DNA of 64,000 nucleotides from Octopus bimaculoides (lineage: Eukaryota), in NCBI RefSeq assembly GCF_001194135.2, contig NC_068989.1, positions 34,239,837 to 34,303,836 on the forward strand, given 5' to 3'. The translations under genes and the position numbers were made by a program. Shown here piece by piece: positions 1-14,294 of the stretch. Every line of letters begins with the position of its first letter. Within the stretch, counting starts at the first letter, position 1. Below the pieces are notes generated by a model. That model saw nothing but the letters and a program-made list of their open reading frames with translations. It ran no database searches and had not been told where the DNA came from.

Positions 1-1089
1 TTGCGAAATTCTACACTTTGGTCAGGATCATCTTCATTATGAACATGGACTATTCTTGGAATGTAACTTTTTCAGTGACAGCATTTCAAAATGCAATGGA
101 CACTTGATTTTGAAATTCCTATCTCAAGACTCACTTGCAGCACAGATTTTCTCAAACTCTAACAATACATTTCCAGTACTTTTTCTTACTTAGTGGCTCT
201 CCACATGTTAGAACAGCAAAAGGGAATAAGCAACATTCTCAATACAACAATTTTATGCTGAGTTTGGGCTCTAGAAGACTTATTAACCTCAATTTAGTGC
301 ATTTTTTGTAGAAATATGTTTATTTAGTAATTAGGTCATCAGTGTCTGCAGTCTTCCAGAACATTTCTTGTAGGTATTCCAAAAAGTTCCATCTGCTTCA
401 AACTTAACTCTAATTCATGTGTTGGAATGTTACATAGGTGGATCTGTTTGAAAGTCTCTCCTAAAATTAGCTTGTAAGGCAAGAGAAGAAATGAAGAGGA
501 AGACGCAAAAGGGGAGAAAGAAAAAGGAAAAGGCCTCCTCAGCTAAATGGGTGGGTGGGGTGAAAGTTCTGTGTCAGATGTTGAGAGGTTAGAGTGTGAT
601 GGAAGGACATCCTTAGAATAGAGATACAAAACTACCCTGCATTATATAAGGGTGGGTGGGAGTAGCTGGAAAGAAGACAGAAGTGGTGGTGGGATACTGG
701 AACCGCTCAAGATAGAGTGGATTGTAGGGGTGGAGCAGAAGTGCATGGAGCAAGTGATGGTGAGAGACAGAGGAGTGGCTCACTGGTGCTATGGTAAGTG
801 GAGTGTGGTGGTGGATATGAGAAGGATTTGAGAGTGATGGCAAGAGGTGTTAAGAATGGAGTAAAGCAGAGGAGAGCAGAAAGCACAAAAAGATGGTGAT
901 CAGTGAAAATAATAGGGATTATAATAAGAAATGGAATTGTGACCACAATGGAGGGAATGTAATATATGCCTATTCTGCTCTCAGAGAAATGACAGGTATT
1001 AAGGGATGATATGTAGGGTAAATGCTTGATGGGGCAGAAAAAGAAGAGGTGGGCAGGGTCCTACATGTACAAGCATAACCAAAGTGGTT

Positions 1090-1600
1090 TTTAGGGTATC
1101 ATTTCTACTGTGCTGGACAGGTTGTCTTGAGCATAGCAAATCACTAAACATCTTGTTTCTTTGTCATCTCCTCCTTATGGATGTTCCACATCTTAAAATC
1201 AACTTTCCCTATTTCATCCCTTATCTTTCTGGGTTTTCCTCTTCTGTAGGTTCCATCCACTTCAAGTGATTGGTACTTCTTTATGCAGCTGTCTTCATCC
1301 ATATGCATCATGTGATCAAACCAGTGCAGGCTTCCCTCTTGCACACTACATCTCATTCCTCTTTCACCTAATTTTTCTTTCAGTACATTAGCACTTTATC
1401 ATATATGCATACTGACATTGCACATGCAACATAACATACTAGTTTCATTCCTCTCTGATCTTTTCATTCACATCCTCTGTATTCAGGGCCCATGTCTCTC
1501 TATCATGTAGCATTGCTGTACATACACAAACATCATGCAATGTGCCTTTCACTCAGGGAGAGACCTTTTGTTGCCCACAGAGGTAATAGCTCTCTGATTA
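1090..1600 (-). mobile_element. Degenerate RTE-clade LINE 3' fragment
   Basis: ORF 1144-1356 (RCSVQEGSLHWFDHMMHMDEDSCIKK...RGKPRK) resembles the RTE C-terminal W(Y/F)GH...RGRP region. Boundaries approximate. Confidence 0.7.
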
Positions 1601-2042
1601 AAAATTTATTGTGTATCATGATATCAGGGAAATGAATCATTCATTTTATTTATATCATGATTCATTCATGAGTTGATGGTTAAGCTTTATATTAATTTAT
1701 ACTTGTCACTGTAGCCTTCAGCTAAATGTAAATGCAAAAGGGGTGAGATAATTTATGAATTATTTTCATACTAGCAGGACCTGTGAATATTTCACAGAAT
1801 TAATGGTAAACCTATTGGGTTATTTCTGAAAACGTTATCCAAAAAAACAGATAGCATAGCCTGTGTTGTGTCTGTATCAAAAGTTAGTTGCTCATCTGCT
1901 AACCATTCGAATACGATGATTACTTAATGCACATTATATATACACTTTATATACTTTATACACAATTTTATAGACTTAATACACATCACTCATAAAATAA
2001 ATATTCACTCTTATTTTTCCCATAAACAAAAGAAAAGTATCC

Positions 2043-2163
2043 CGGCTACCACATCCAAGGAAGGCAGCAGGCGCGCAAATTATCCACTCCCGGCACGGGG
2101 AGGTAGTGACGAAAAATAACGACGCGGGACTCTGTCGAGGCCCCGCGATCGGAATGAGTACAC
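2043..2163 (+). rRNA. Isolated 121-nt 18S rRNA fragment (pseudogenic, not an rDNA unit)
   Basis: cggctaccacatccaaggaaggcagcaggcgcgcaaatta...gggaggtagtgacgaaaaataac...ggaatgagtacac is the conserved eukaryotic SSU segment, here as a GC-rich island in AT-rich flanks. Confidence 0.93.
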
Positions 2164-2807
2164 ATACATCTGCCACATAAAATAAGCATGAATATTTCAT
2201 GGAATTGAACTTATGCATATGTGTTAAGTGATAGGTGATATAAAAAAAAACTTAGTTAAATTTTTTAAAAATGCACTTTTCACTATCCAGTCACCACCAC
2301 TATCTCACCACCATCATCTTTCTCTCTCTACCTTTAACCTCACTGTCAGAACATCACCCCTCAGCTAAAATTATAACATTCCCCCTAACTTCATGGACAC
2401 TTCTCTCTTCATCCTTTTCTCTTTCTTTTTTTCTCCATCTTTGTCTCTTTGCTTTATCCTCTTTTTCTCCTCTATTTTCCTTCAACTGATCATGTGAAAG
2501 CATTACAATTACATTCCATCTTCTTTACATCATGGCTGCTTCTCTCTCCCTCTTTTTCTCTAATCATTTGAAACCATTACTGATGGACCAAGTAATGCAA
2601 TGACAGGCAGAATTATTATAAGATATGTTGTAATGTATAGGGTGTACATGTTTATTGTACTAAATATCAGCACATATTCTCAATCTTTTGTTGGTTGAGC
2701 TGCAAGGCCTAGTATTATAAGTTTTTATCTTGTTATATTTGGGAACATTCTGAATAACCTGAAATTTGAATAAAGCTGGTATATTCTGAAGTTATTCTAT
2801 CATTTTA

Positions 2808-3763
2808 GTGGGTCATCCAATAAATAATGTGGTATTTTTATATTACTTATATTTTTCAAAATTAAGATCAACTAAGTTCTTTTGTAATCTAAAATCTCCA
2901 TTTTCTACAATACTCTTTCATCTATCTGGTAGACTTGCAAGGCTCCTCTTCTAAAATTCACTTGTCCATGATGAAAAATACTCCTCCATTACTGTTCTGA
3001 CCTCATCTACAGAATTCATATTTTATCTGTCCAAATGATTTTGAAGGCTGTAGAATAAATGATAATTAGATGGAGCAATGTCTGGTGAATATGGTGGATG
3101 AGGCAGTGTAGGGGTCAGACAATAAGCATAAGCCAGTGTTAATGGTGGTTCCAGAAATTCTGAACCAGAAATTACAGCCTAGAAGATGAGCCTCATCCTA
3201 GAAGAGCTGTAGAGCTTGATGAGGACGTCCTACAAATCCTGATGGAACAAAATCCCATTCAAACTGCTCCAGCCTTTAGAATGTCATCCTTGCTGTACGT
3301 GACTGAGCATTATCTTGATGGAAGAACAGCTTTTGTCTTGAAACCAAAGATGATCGTTTTTCTTCTAGTACTGACTTGAATGACCAAATTCAAGTTTCTC
3401 TGCTAGTTCCTCAACAGTTATGATGGGATTTTGTTCTATCAGGATTTGCAGGACATCCTCATCAAGCTCTACAGATCTTATTGTCTGATCCCTACACTGC
3501 ATCAATATTCCTTGCACTTTCCATTACATTGTTGTCTTTACTGAACTCATAAAGCAAAATATGCTCCTTTGTCACTTCCATTATAGCTTAGAAAAAAGAA
3601 CCATTAAAATTGAACCGCACTCTTCAAAACTTGCACTAAGAATAATTACAAGGTAAAATTACTACCTGCTTTTATAGCAAGTTGATGCAGGTAATTTATC
3701 CCGTCTCCCTCCTAGTTTTAGTTCATGCAATTGAAAAACTGCATTATTTATGGGACGATCCAA
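2808..3763 (-). mobile_element. Internally deleted mariner element with both TIRs
   Basis: The ends ggtcatccaataaataatg and cattatttatgggacgatccaa are inverted copies. Minus-strand remnants LPHPPYSPDIA, FFHQDNA and EQNPIITVEELAEK. Same family as 63807-64000. Confidence 0.8.
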
Positions 3764-4089
3764 TATATGTAAAACATCAAACCAAAACTTGCAGTGAGAC
3801 AACCATAAACTGTAGAATTCAGATTTGGCTAATGTTAACATCTACATTTCCAAACTGATCCACATTATATTTTGAAGTTATATAATTTGTTGACAATATT
3901 TAATACTAAATACTACAAGTTACGTAGTGAATGAGAAATAAACTTTTGGATAACTTAATACATTAAATGATAATGATGGTGATTATCTAGTAAACATGTG
4001 ATGTAGTAAGTTGATTGATAGTTACAATTGAGAATTAGTATAAGGAAAATATATCTTTCAAACAAAATAGCAACACATAATGTTCATCT

Positions 4090-4476
4090 TAGGTATTTGA
4101 ATTTTTTAAAGTTAAACCCAGACCATGAAGAAGGGACTTCCAAGATCACTTTGATGGTACAAGGCTTCCCATGACAGCTCAGAACATCTCATGGCATGTG
4201 TACAATGCTGAAGAGGTGATTTATAGGTATGTTCCATCTATTTCTACCGTTCTTGATCAACACAGGGTAGGCTTTGCTGGCTACTACTATCATTTTGAGC
4301 AACAGACTATATCAAATAATATATTTTGGATGTTTCTACACCCTAACAAGCCCAACTACATGTTATTAACAGGAGTACAATATGAAACAGAGAAATTACC
4401 AAAACTAATAGGAGACAGATTCCTTGAACAGCACTTTGACATGCATCTTGAAGAAGAGCATTTTTCTAAATTGTAA
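4090..4476 (+). mobile_element. Old RTE-type LINE fragment
   Basis: ORF 4171-4476 (NISWHVYNAEEVIY...PSISTVLDQHRVGFAG) resembles the RTE post-RT region. Confidence 0.55.
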
Positions 4477-4599
4477 ATCTCATCTGCTGGTTTTGAAAAT
4501 TGCTGTTAATATCATGGTGAAATGTAATTTTCTAAATATTGATATGTGCATCGAACAACATCCCTCGAAATATTTAATATGTTATTTCCCCATGTTATG

Positions 4600-5500
4600 A
4601 ATAACAACCCCATCTATTTGGCAAATTGTTGATCCTTGAGATGTAAAATTCTTCAGGTTTCGAAGCAAAGAAACATTCACAATTAATAAACTGTTTTCCT
4701 CTTTAAATAACTTGGAATATCACCTGAAAAAATGGTATTCAGATGGAGTAAGATGGATGAGGCAAAATTTTCATATTGACTGAGCATAACCTTTCCTTGA
4801 GTGACTTGGGCAATAAGTGGTCTTGCATTATTGTGTAAGAGCAACACCTTTTTATGAATTACCACTGATGGGAGGCTGTTCAATAATTTTTTGTGCAACA
4901 GTACTTTGCATCATTAACTGCTTCATTTTGGTTCAACACTTCATAATAGACACCTTTCATATATCACCAAACAAAGCATAACTTTGTATGGATGGATTCC
5001 CCTCTTTTCAGTGTTGTTTTTGTTGGATACAGTTATAGAGAACCCACTTGTGATGATTCTACCAAGGAAAGCTTTGGTAGCAAGTCTCGTCTTCAGTGAT
5101 GAGCAGAGGGTAACTCTTTGATTAAGCTAAGAAGCAGTCAGATAATGGGTACCAATAGACCAAGTTTAAACACTTTTTCTAGTTCATGAAAGTATTTTAT
5201 GATCAAACTGTAACTTGAATTAAACTGTTTTGCTAATTCTCATGCAATCTACTTTGAATTTTCCTCAACTACATTTCCCAGAAGCTCAACAATGATAGAA
5301 GTTGATCATTCAGATTAAGAGGAATCTGTGAGTCCAAGATTTCCTTAGTGAATCTGGTCAAACCATTGTTGATATGTTCAGACAATCAAAGCTTCATTTC
5401 TATTGGTAGAACAAATATTTCTTGCTGCTCACATTGCTAAGCAGCCCCTTTTGAATTCACATAGATTGCAGTGTCTGAAATGGAACTGATCTAAAGGCCC
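4600..5500 (-). mobile_element. Degenerate mariner transposase remnant
   Basis: ORF 4683-4898 contains VLLLHNNARP (HDNA-like motif). Boundaries approximate. Confidence 0.55.
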
Positions 5501-5940
5501 AACAAAATGCCTAACAAAAAAATTAGGATATTATGGCTGTAACATCATTAGTTTGCTCAATCAGAGCAAACCAATGATGTTCAGTCTGTAGACTAATATC
5601 TTACTCACTGCAATATATTAGATTAGAAAGACATTTTGACTTATGCACACCTGCATAGATTGTATTTAAATAAACAACAAAATGGAGGATATTGATGCCT
5701 TTGATCATAAATCTGTATGTTTATGCTTATGAAGGCTGACCTTGGCTAAAATCAACCAGCTTTTTTTGCTAGTTAATTTTCTTTTATTGCAACCAACATC
5801 ATTGCTTGTAGGCTTTATCCCTTAGCTAGTTAACATCACAACATAGCCTTTGAGTACCTCTAGTAGAATCTACCATGTTGCAATTATCTGAGCCATTGTC
5901 AGTGAGTAACCCCCCCACCACCACCACCTGTCTTGAAGCT

Positions 5941-6110
5941 TTAACCCTTTTGATCCCAACCTGCTTGACCATCAAAATTTCATGCTGATTTATGTTCCAA
6001 ACACCAGTTTAAGATAGACAAAGTAATTTTACTAAATTCTTTACTATTTTCAAAATTGAATGAAACAAAAGCAGCATATTTTAACAGAAAAATGGTAATA
6101 AAAGAGTTAA
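5941..6110. mobile_element. TTAA-flanked MITE (piggyBac-like)
   Basis: ttaacccttttgat...taataaaagagttaa; imperfect TIRs. Related copy at 20873-21101. Confidence 0.65.
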
Positions 6111-6937
6111 AGGGGGTCATAGGCACTGCTCTTCCTTCTGTAAATGAAGATAAAATAAAACATTCACATCATTACTATTTCTCCACATTTTCATTCCAAG
6201 GGGAGATACAAAACAGTTAACATACAAGAAAGAAATACAACACAAGAATATTCCAAGCTTATTGCATAACTACTTTATATCAAATAAAAATATACAGAAT
6301 ATACAAGTTTAATAATTAGAATTATTATTCAATATCACAAAGTCAGGTTTGATCAATAATACAACCAACAATGTTTCTATGTACACCAGCTTCTCTGTGC
6401 AGCAATGTTGAACTGGAAATTTTAAAAAAAAAATTGTAAAAGAAAATATAAACAATAACAATAATTTATTTTTAATTTAGTGTGAAAACTGTAAGATTTT
6501 AAAGAGTAAGGTGTATGCTATTTAGGAATATAAAGCTATGCTTGCCATTAGACTTTTATATCTCTCACGAATAATAATAATGATGATTTTTAACTCAATA
6601 CTACTACTAATAATAATAATTGTTTCAAACTGAGGCAAAAGGTGAGTAATTTTAAGGGGACCCAATGCTCTATTGGTACTTATTGATCCTACAAGGATGA
6701 AAGGCAAAGTTGACTTCAGTGGATTTTTGAACTCAGAATATAGACACAGAAGAAATGCTGCAAGGTATTTTGTCCAAATTCTAACAATTCTATCCTACCA
6801 CTCTTGCTACTAATATTAATAATATCATATCTGTATGATATGAGGCTTTGGTCAATTTATTAATGGTAATTCAGAAAAGAAATAAATGTAAAGTACACCA
6901 TAGTTTCTTTAATGTAATTTGCTTTCTTTGTCTAATA

Positions 6938-7009
6938 CTAATAATACTCCTGATCTTTTACTAATAATACTCCTGATCTTTTACTAATAATACTCCTGAT
7001 CTTTTACTA
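6938..7009 (+). repeat. 23-bp tandem repeat x3
   Basis: (ctaataatactcctgatctttta)3, exact. Confidence 0.95.
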
Positions 7010-8984
7010 TGCTACAAATTTTATGGGGATGGGATGATAGCTGATTAAACCAATCCCAGTAGTTGGCTAGTTATTTTATTAACTCACTTCTCCAAATTTA
7101 ACTGTGGCAGGGTTTGAACCTACAAAATAAGAAGGGATGTTTACTAAAATATTGCAAGTCATTTTTGTCCAGCACATCACTCAATCAATCCAGTCATTCT
7201 TCATTGCATTAATAAAATAATAAGACTGACAATATTATTTGTCACATAAGAAAAATGGAGAGTAGGAGATAGGGGAACAAACTACCAATAATATATCAGA
7301 GTATTAAATAATAGGAGATAGATCAAATGCCAAAAGAAAGTCCTGAAAATACATCTAAGTGCGAAAATAAATTAATACCACTCCTGTCCCCTACCCCATC
7401 ATTTCAGAAAGAAAAACGATTAATAAATAAATATATAGAATAAAATATTGACACTTAATTTCCCCACCATCCGTCACCTTTTTAGAAATAGAGTTTCTCA
7501 AAGTTTAGAATTTTCTTAAGAGCAGAACTAATCTGGTTTCCTTACATTGTAATTATACCACTAAGATGAGAATTGCTTCTTTGGTATCAAAGTTGTTGTT
7601 GTTATTATTTATCTAATTCTTTATTTCAGAGCAGCTGCTTGATGGCTAAAATGAGTGTTATATTATTATCACCATCATCATTATGTGACCAGCAGTAGAA
7701 ATGTTGATGGTAATATTATTGTTGCTGCTGTTGTCCGTGACATTCTTATTGCAACTGCTATCCCTATCATTCATGGTTTTCATATGAAAGGAAAGCAACA
7801 TAAGAAAGCCAAATTGTTTTAAACAGGATCAGATATTTAAATCATTTAAGAAAACTGATGATAAGCAATTTCAATTTAAATGGTTACAACATAAGAAAAG
7901 AACTCAAGTTAGAAATAATTTCAGTGCAGGATTGCATTGAACCAGGGATGGATAATATAGTAACAAGCTGGTGCATTAAGAACAAAAAATCATTAAAAAA
8001 TAGATAAGGATTTTTGACTTAAGACCATACATATGTAGGAGTTGGTGGTGGTGGGGACTACAATGCTGTGACTTACAACTTTTTTCTTAGAAACAAATAA
8101 AAAGAAAGGTATCACGTTGTCTTTAATAAAAAATTCTCCAAGGAAATATCAAACCAATTTTAATAAAACTGATGATTTGTAAATATTTTGTTAATAGGTT
8201 TCAGTGCTTTATACAATAACATTAATTAAAAAGAAAATCTGTATCATCCTTAACCTTTAAAATCAACATTTTACAAGGTTTCTTTTCCAGATTGATAGTT
8301 TCATTTATAAAGTTTGTCATTTTGTTAGGTAAGTGGGTTTTATACATCTGCAGTTTTTTTACATTGCAAGAGATATTCATAGTTAATTCTCATAGAACTT
8401 ATAGGAAAACTACTGTCTGGAGAGCTTAAGAAATTATGAATCTGTAAAACTTCACATAAAACCTATTTAGCTATGTTCCATTATTTTGGAGAAGGGAGGG
8501 CTTTAACCTACTTGAAACTACCCCTAGTTTTATGACATAATCTTTGTATTTTCAAGTGCTCTAAATAAGAACTGCCATCAAAATTTCATATTATGTTCCA
8601 AACATCAACTTGATAATGAGTATATTATTTTACTGAAATTCTTCGCTGTTTTCAAAATAAATTGAAACAAAGGAAGTGTATTTCAATAGAAATGTGATAA
8701 CAATAGGCTTTAAGAAAATATTTCTTTTTTTGTAAGTCATTTGGTAATGTTCATCATAGATAAACTTGAAGAATTTAATTTGCTGGAACAGCACATCACT
8801 TTATCTTTCATTAGTCTAGAAGAGAAGCAAAATATAATCATATGGAACCAAATATCAATGGTGTGTGAAAATGTTTCAAATATTTTTCAACCATTAACTG
8901 CAAATATTTGTAATACAATTATATATTTATAGTTTAGGAGAAGTTTATGTATATATATATATATATATATATAGGATGTTCAGT

Positions 8985-9255
8985 TTACAATTGCAAAGTT
9001 GAGAGTTCAATTCCTGACGATGTGCTGTGTCCTTTAGCAAGACACTTTATTTCATGTTGCTCCAATCCACTCAGCTGACAAAAATGAGTTGTACTTGTAT
9101 TTCAAAGGGCCAGCCTTGTTGCACTTGTGTCACATTCAATCTCCCTGAGAACTACGTTAAGGGTACATGTGCTTGTGGAGTTAATTTCATGAGTAGGCTT
9201 TTCCGTTGATTGGATCAACTGGAACTCTCATTGTCTTAACCAACAGAGTGCTTGT
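8985..9255 (+). mobile_element. tRNA-derived SINE-like repeat
   Basis: B-box-like gagttcaattcc followed by a tgtgtcctttagcaagacactt central domain. Confidence 0.55.
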
Positions 9256-9798
9256 ATATATATAAATACACACACACAATACTAAGGTTTTTCATGAAAT
9301 GTTATTGAAAGTAATTTTTACAAATATATTACTAATAGATTTAATTCATTGTTTTATATTGAAACAAACATTTTCTAGTTCATGTGGGATTTCTTAAAAA
9401 AACAAACTAATTTTAAAATGTTACTACCCATCAATAAGTAAACCATGTATAAATATATAAGTATATAAACATGTATGTAGCTATTAATGACATAAAACAT
9501 TACCTATCAAACCCACAAATCAATAATTTCTTCTAAAACCTACTAAACCAGAAATTGCATTAGCTTTATATGAGTATCACAGCATTTTATCCATCAAATA
9601 GTAGAAACTGAATAATAGCCTTATGGCAGACCTCAACAACCATAAAAATAATCTAGTTTGAAAACTCATGTGGTGCATCAGTCATAAATAATTTATTATT
9701 AGTAGCATTGCTATTATCATCATCAGAAACATTTAAATACTTCCTAGCAGTAATAATAACTATTATACATACATACACATATAAACATGCACACACAC

Positions 9799-9839
<41 letters not shown>

Positions 9840-10489
9840 TTCAGTAGGGTATTTAAATACCACTTACTATAATCGGAGCCATCGCTCCCAAACCACGAGT
9901 AACTCACTATTAAGATAAAGATGTAAACTTGTTAGCCACCTTATTATTATCATTAATAATGGTAATAATACTTCTTTATATATATATATATATACACACA
10001 AATACAGTTACATATAACACATATTATCAAATAGTAAAACATTTGCAATACTAAAACAAGACAAAACATACAAATTGGTTGTCTAATAGCAATTATTGTC
10101 AGACTGCAGTGTTCCTATATGACAAGCATTAAACAGTATAAAGGGTAAACCATAAATAAAAATAGCAGTAAGAGAAGCATAAGGTTACTACATTACACTA
10201 TACTATGCCGAACTGTCTGTCTCCAGTCACAATACAAAGCTGTTGTCATTTGAAAATATAAATCATGCATATTTTATAGTCATAGATTAGTGTCAGAATT
10301 CTTTGTGAATAATAGAAGAAAAACAAAAAAAGTCAACATTTACTTTCAATTACAAAGAGAAATAGATTGGTACAAAAAGACTTAGTATGCACCAGAACAA
10401 CAGAAAAAAACACTGCTTTGTTGATTTTTTTCCTTATTAAAACAAAAATTGTGTTCATTAATCTTTAAGTTTTACTTACAATATATATA

Positions 10490-10757
10490 TATATGTGTGT
10501 ATATACATATGTATGTGTGTGTATATATATATATATATAAGGTTGAGGAGGGTATATATTTATATATTTATCTTTTTATNNNNNNNNNNNNNGTATATAT
10601 ATATATGCATATGTATATATATATATATATATGTATATATATGCATATGTATATATACATATATGTATATATATATATATATATACATATATGCATATAT
10701 ATATATATACATATATGTATATATACATATACATATGTATGCATATGTATATATATA

Positions 10758-10789
<32 letters not shown>

Positions 10790-11047
10790 CACACACATAT
10801 ATATACATATATGTATACATACATACAGATACATATAATACATATATGTTTGCATACATGCACACACACACACACACACTTTCTTAAACTGTAACACTGA
10901 CTTTCAAATTGATGATTATTCAAATCATTAGATTACCAATGTGAAACTTAGTTATGATTTAAGTTTCAGCTACTAATAAAATATAATATAGACATTCATT
11001 TTATATACTGAGTACTTTTCCTTATTTGTAAAGACAAACATTCATCA

Positions 11048-11086
<39 letters not shown>

Positions 11087-11850
11087 CGTAGTAAGACTGG
11101 GTAATTTATTAGAACTATAACATAAAGTTTAACATAATATTTAACACAAACTGTAATTTCTAAGTGCAAAATGGCTGTTTGTATTGTGTTCTCTCATCCT
11201 ATTTTGTTGGAAAAAATTACAGATTAACAAAATACAAGTTCATTAGACTTCACATCAGGATATTGCCTATATCAGTGGACAGATAAGATGCACATACATG
11301 TATACTATATATATATATANNNNNNNNNNNNNNNNNNNNNNNNNNNNNNNNNNNNNNNNNNNNNNNNNNNNNNNNNNNNNNNNNNNNNNNNNNNNNNNNN
11401 NNNNNNNNNNNNNNNNNNNNNNNNNNNNNNNNNNNNNNNNNNNNNNNNNNNNNNNNNNNNNNNNNNNNNNNNNNNNNNNNNNNNNNNNNNNNNNNNNNNN
11501 NNNNNNNNNNNNNNNNNNNNNNNNNNNNNNNNNNNNNNNNNNNNNNNNNNNNNNNNNNNNNNNNNNNNNNNNNNNNNNNNNNNNNNNNNNNNNNNNNNNN
11601 NNNNNNNNNNNNNNNNNNNNNNNNNNNNNNNNNNNNNNNNNNNNNNNNNNNNNNNNNNNNNNNNNNNNNNNNNNNNNNNNNNNNNNNNNNNNNNNNNNNN
11701 NNNNNNNNNNNNNNGTCCGCTTTCCATGCTAGCATGGGTTGGACGATTTGACTGAGGACTGGTGAAACCGGATGGCAACACCAGGCTCCAATCTAAATAT
11801 ATACATATACATATATATATACATATATGCACATATATATACACATAAAT

Positions 11851-11899
<49 letters not shown>

Positions 11900-12090
11900 C
11901 ACATATATATATATATACACACATATATATACATACATATATATACATACACATACATATATATACATATACACACACACATACATATATACACACACAT
12001 ATATATATATATACATACATACACATATATATACATATATACATATACACACACACATATATATAAACACACACACACATATATATATAT
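10490..12090. repeat. Compound (TA)n/(CA)n/(TATG)n microsatellite fields with two gaps
   Basis: Seen directly; source of the YI/CV-repeat pseudo-ORFs. N runs at 10580-10592 and 11320-11714. Confidence 0.95.
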
Positions 12091-13394
12091 GTAAGTTGGT
12101 CAGCACTTCTGTAATTTTCTTTTAAAATTAGAAGTTTGTCAAGGATATAAACTGTACAGTAGTTCTTATTAATACCATTGAACTAAATATAATTGTGAGA
12201 ACAACCAGAGTAAAGATGATGGAAGGTGGGTGAGGTGGTCAACTGCATTTTGTATTTTCAGTTTTTTGTTAATTTTTCTTTTGTTTTTTATTTCTTTTCT
12301 AATTAGGATTTTTTTTTCTAAGATTCATTTCAGTGTTCTAGAGTTTCAATTCCAATATTTGTTTCAATATTTGTTGCTCTTGTTTTGGAATAGTTTATTT
12401 TAATATAAAAAAAAAACAATTAAATACTCCTCAATAAAGTTATTTTAATTTCCGGACAATATGTCAACTGGTCAGAAGCACATATACATCATCACATTAT
12501 ACACACACATTATATATATATATGTATACACAGACATCCCCCATTAGTAATGTTTCACTATTATTCTTCACCTTGCTTTAACATAGTAACCGTAATTTAA
12601 CTTATACAATTATATATATGTACATGCGTATAAATATTATTTCATACATTATACAAACTGGACAATTCAGGAGGGATTCTATATAAACATACATAGTGGG
12701 TGTATGCGTTGGTGTGTGGAGGGTGAGAAAGAGAGAGAGACAGATAGGGTAGTGGCATATGCATTAAATGAGATATATGTAGACTTTAGCATAGCAAAAG
12801 TGTATAAAGAATAACTTTTGCCACGCATACACATACTCATGTGTGTGTGATATGATGATATGATATTCTATTACATCAAAACATTTACCAAACAGGAAAT
12901 GAAACTGTACAGAAGAGAAAAAAATCAAAACCAATAAATACATATAATGTTCAACAGTGCAAGTGCCTCCATAGGTATTCTTCTTTGTAAATGGTAAAGA
13001 AAAGTTCTTTGTGTAGTATTTCAGTGTTTTATCTTTTTATTGTTATATTTTGAATACTTTTTTGTTTTATTGTTCCTGTTTTTTTTTTGTATTCATTTTT
13101 GCATACCGTTTAATTTACTATTGTTCAGCAGCTCTGGGTTTTCTTTATTTACCATCAAAAGAAATTTCATTAATTCAGTTCAATGCTAAATATATATATT
13201 TTTTCGATGTGTCTGCAAATGACATCAACTTTTCCATTATTTTAATTGTTTATATTACACAAATATTAGCCTACATCAATAACAGTTTACCAAATAAATA
13301 TTAAAATTCAATTAAATAGGAAAATTCTTCCACAACAGATAGTTATATATATAGACACACATACACATATATATTTGTTTGCATGCATACAAAC

Positions 13395-13432
<38 letters not shown>

Positions 13433-14255
13433 GCACTGAAAGCACAAATGCGCTCTAGTTTTAACTTTACCAAGATATTTTAATATTTTTGTAGGACTTC
13501 CTTGCCTGTATTTAGAAGCATAAATTTCTAAACCTATCATCACTGTTTCTAGACACATTCCACCTGGTCACCATGGACAACTCCATGCAACATATTAGTG
13601 GACAACACACCTACACTCAACAGAATTCCCACAAAAACATATAACTAATGAAGGTAGTAATGCCTATAACATAGCACAGTGCTAAAAGACAGTAAACATA
13701 CACAGTTGTATGAGTGATGACATAAATCTAACAATCTAAACTACAGACTCCAGTGGTAAAGTCTTACACCAATCATGTTGGTTTTAAATGTTATAACGAT
13801 CTTACAACATTGATTATTCCTTTGCAAAACTATAGTGTTCTGAACAAAATTGCAAGGAACCCATAGGAAAATAGAGAAATGCATTGGCAAGACTGGACTA
13901 CAGTCATGTTTTCAATACAACATGTCTAAGGTAAAAGACGTTCTTTCAATAGATAAAGACATAATACATACATGTATGTGTGTGTAGTATATGTGCATAT
14001 ACATATTCGTGTAAACTTGCATGTATATATATAAACCCTGAATTGTAGTGGGTGAGTGTAGATGTGAAATTGGTTGAACTGCATTTAGTAGGCATGATAG
14101 TTCTTGGAGAAGTTAAATAAAAATAAGGCAATTTTCAGTTGAGACTCATCATCATCATTATCTTAATCATCCGTTTAGATTAAAGAAAACTGAAAATATA
14201 ACAAAGAGAAATGCAACTAAGCAAAAAGAATTTTGTTTGCTTTTATATATTTTAT

Positions 14256-14294
<39 letters not shown>

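Noticed and set aside
10449-12125. Many long ORFs rich in YI/CV/HT repeats (also near 23900, 29341, 40185 and 44370)
   Set aside because: They are translations of (TA)n/(CA)n microsatellites and N runs, not genes.
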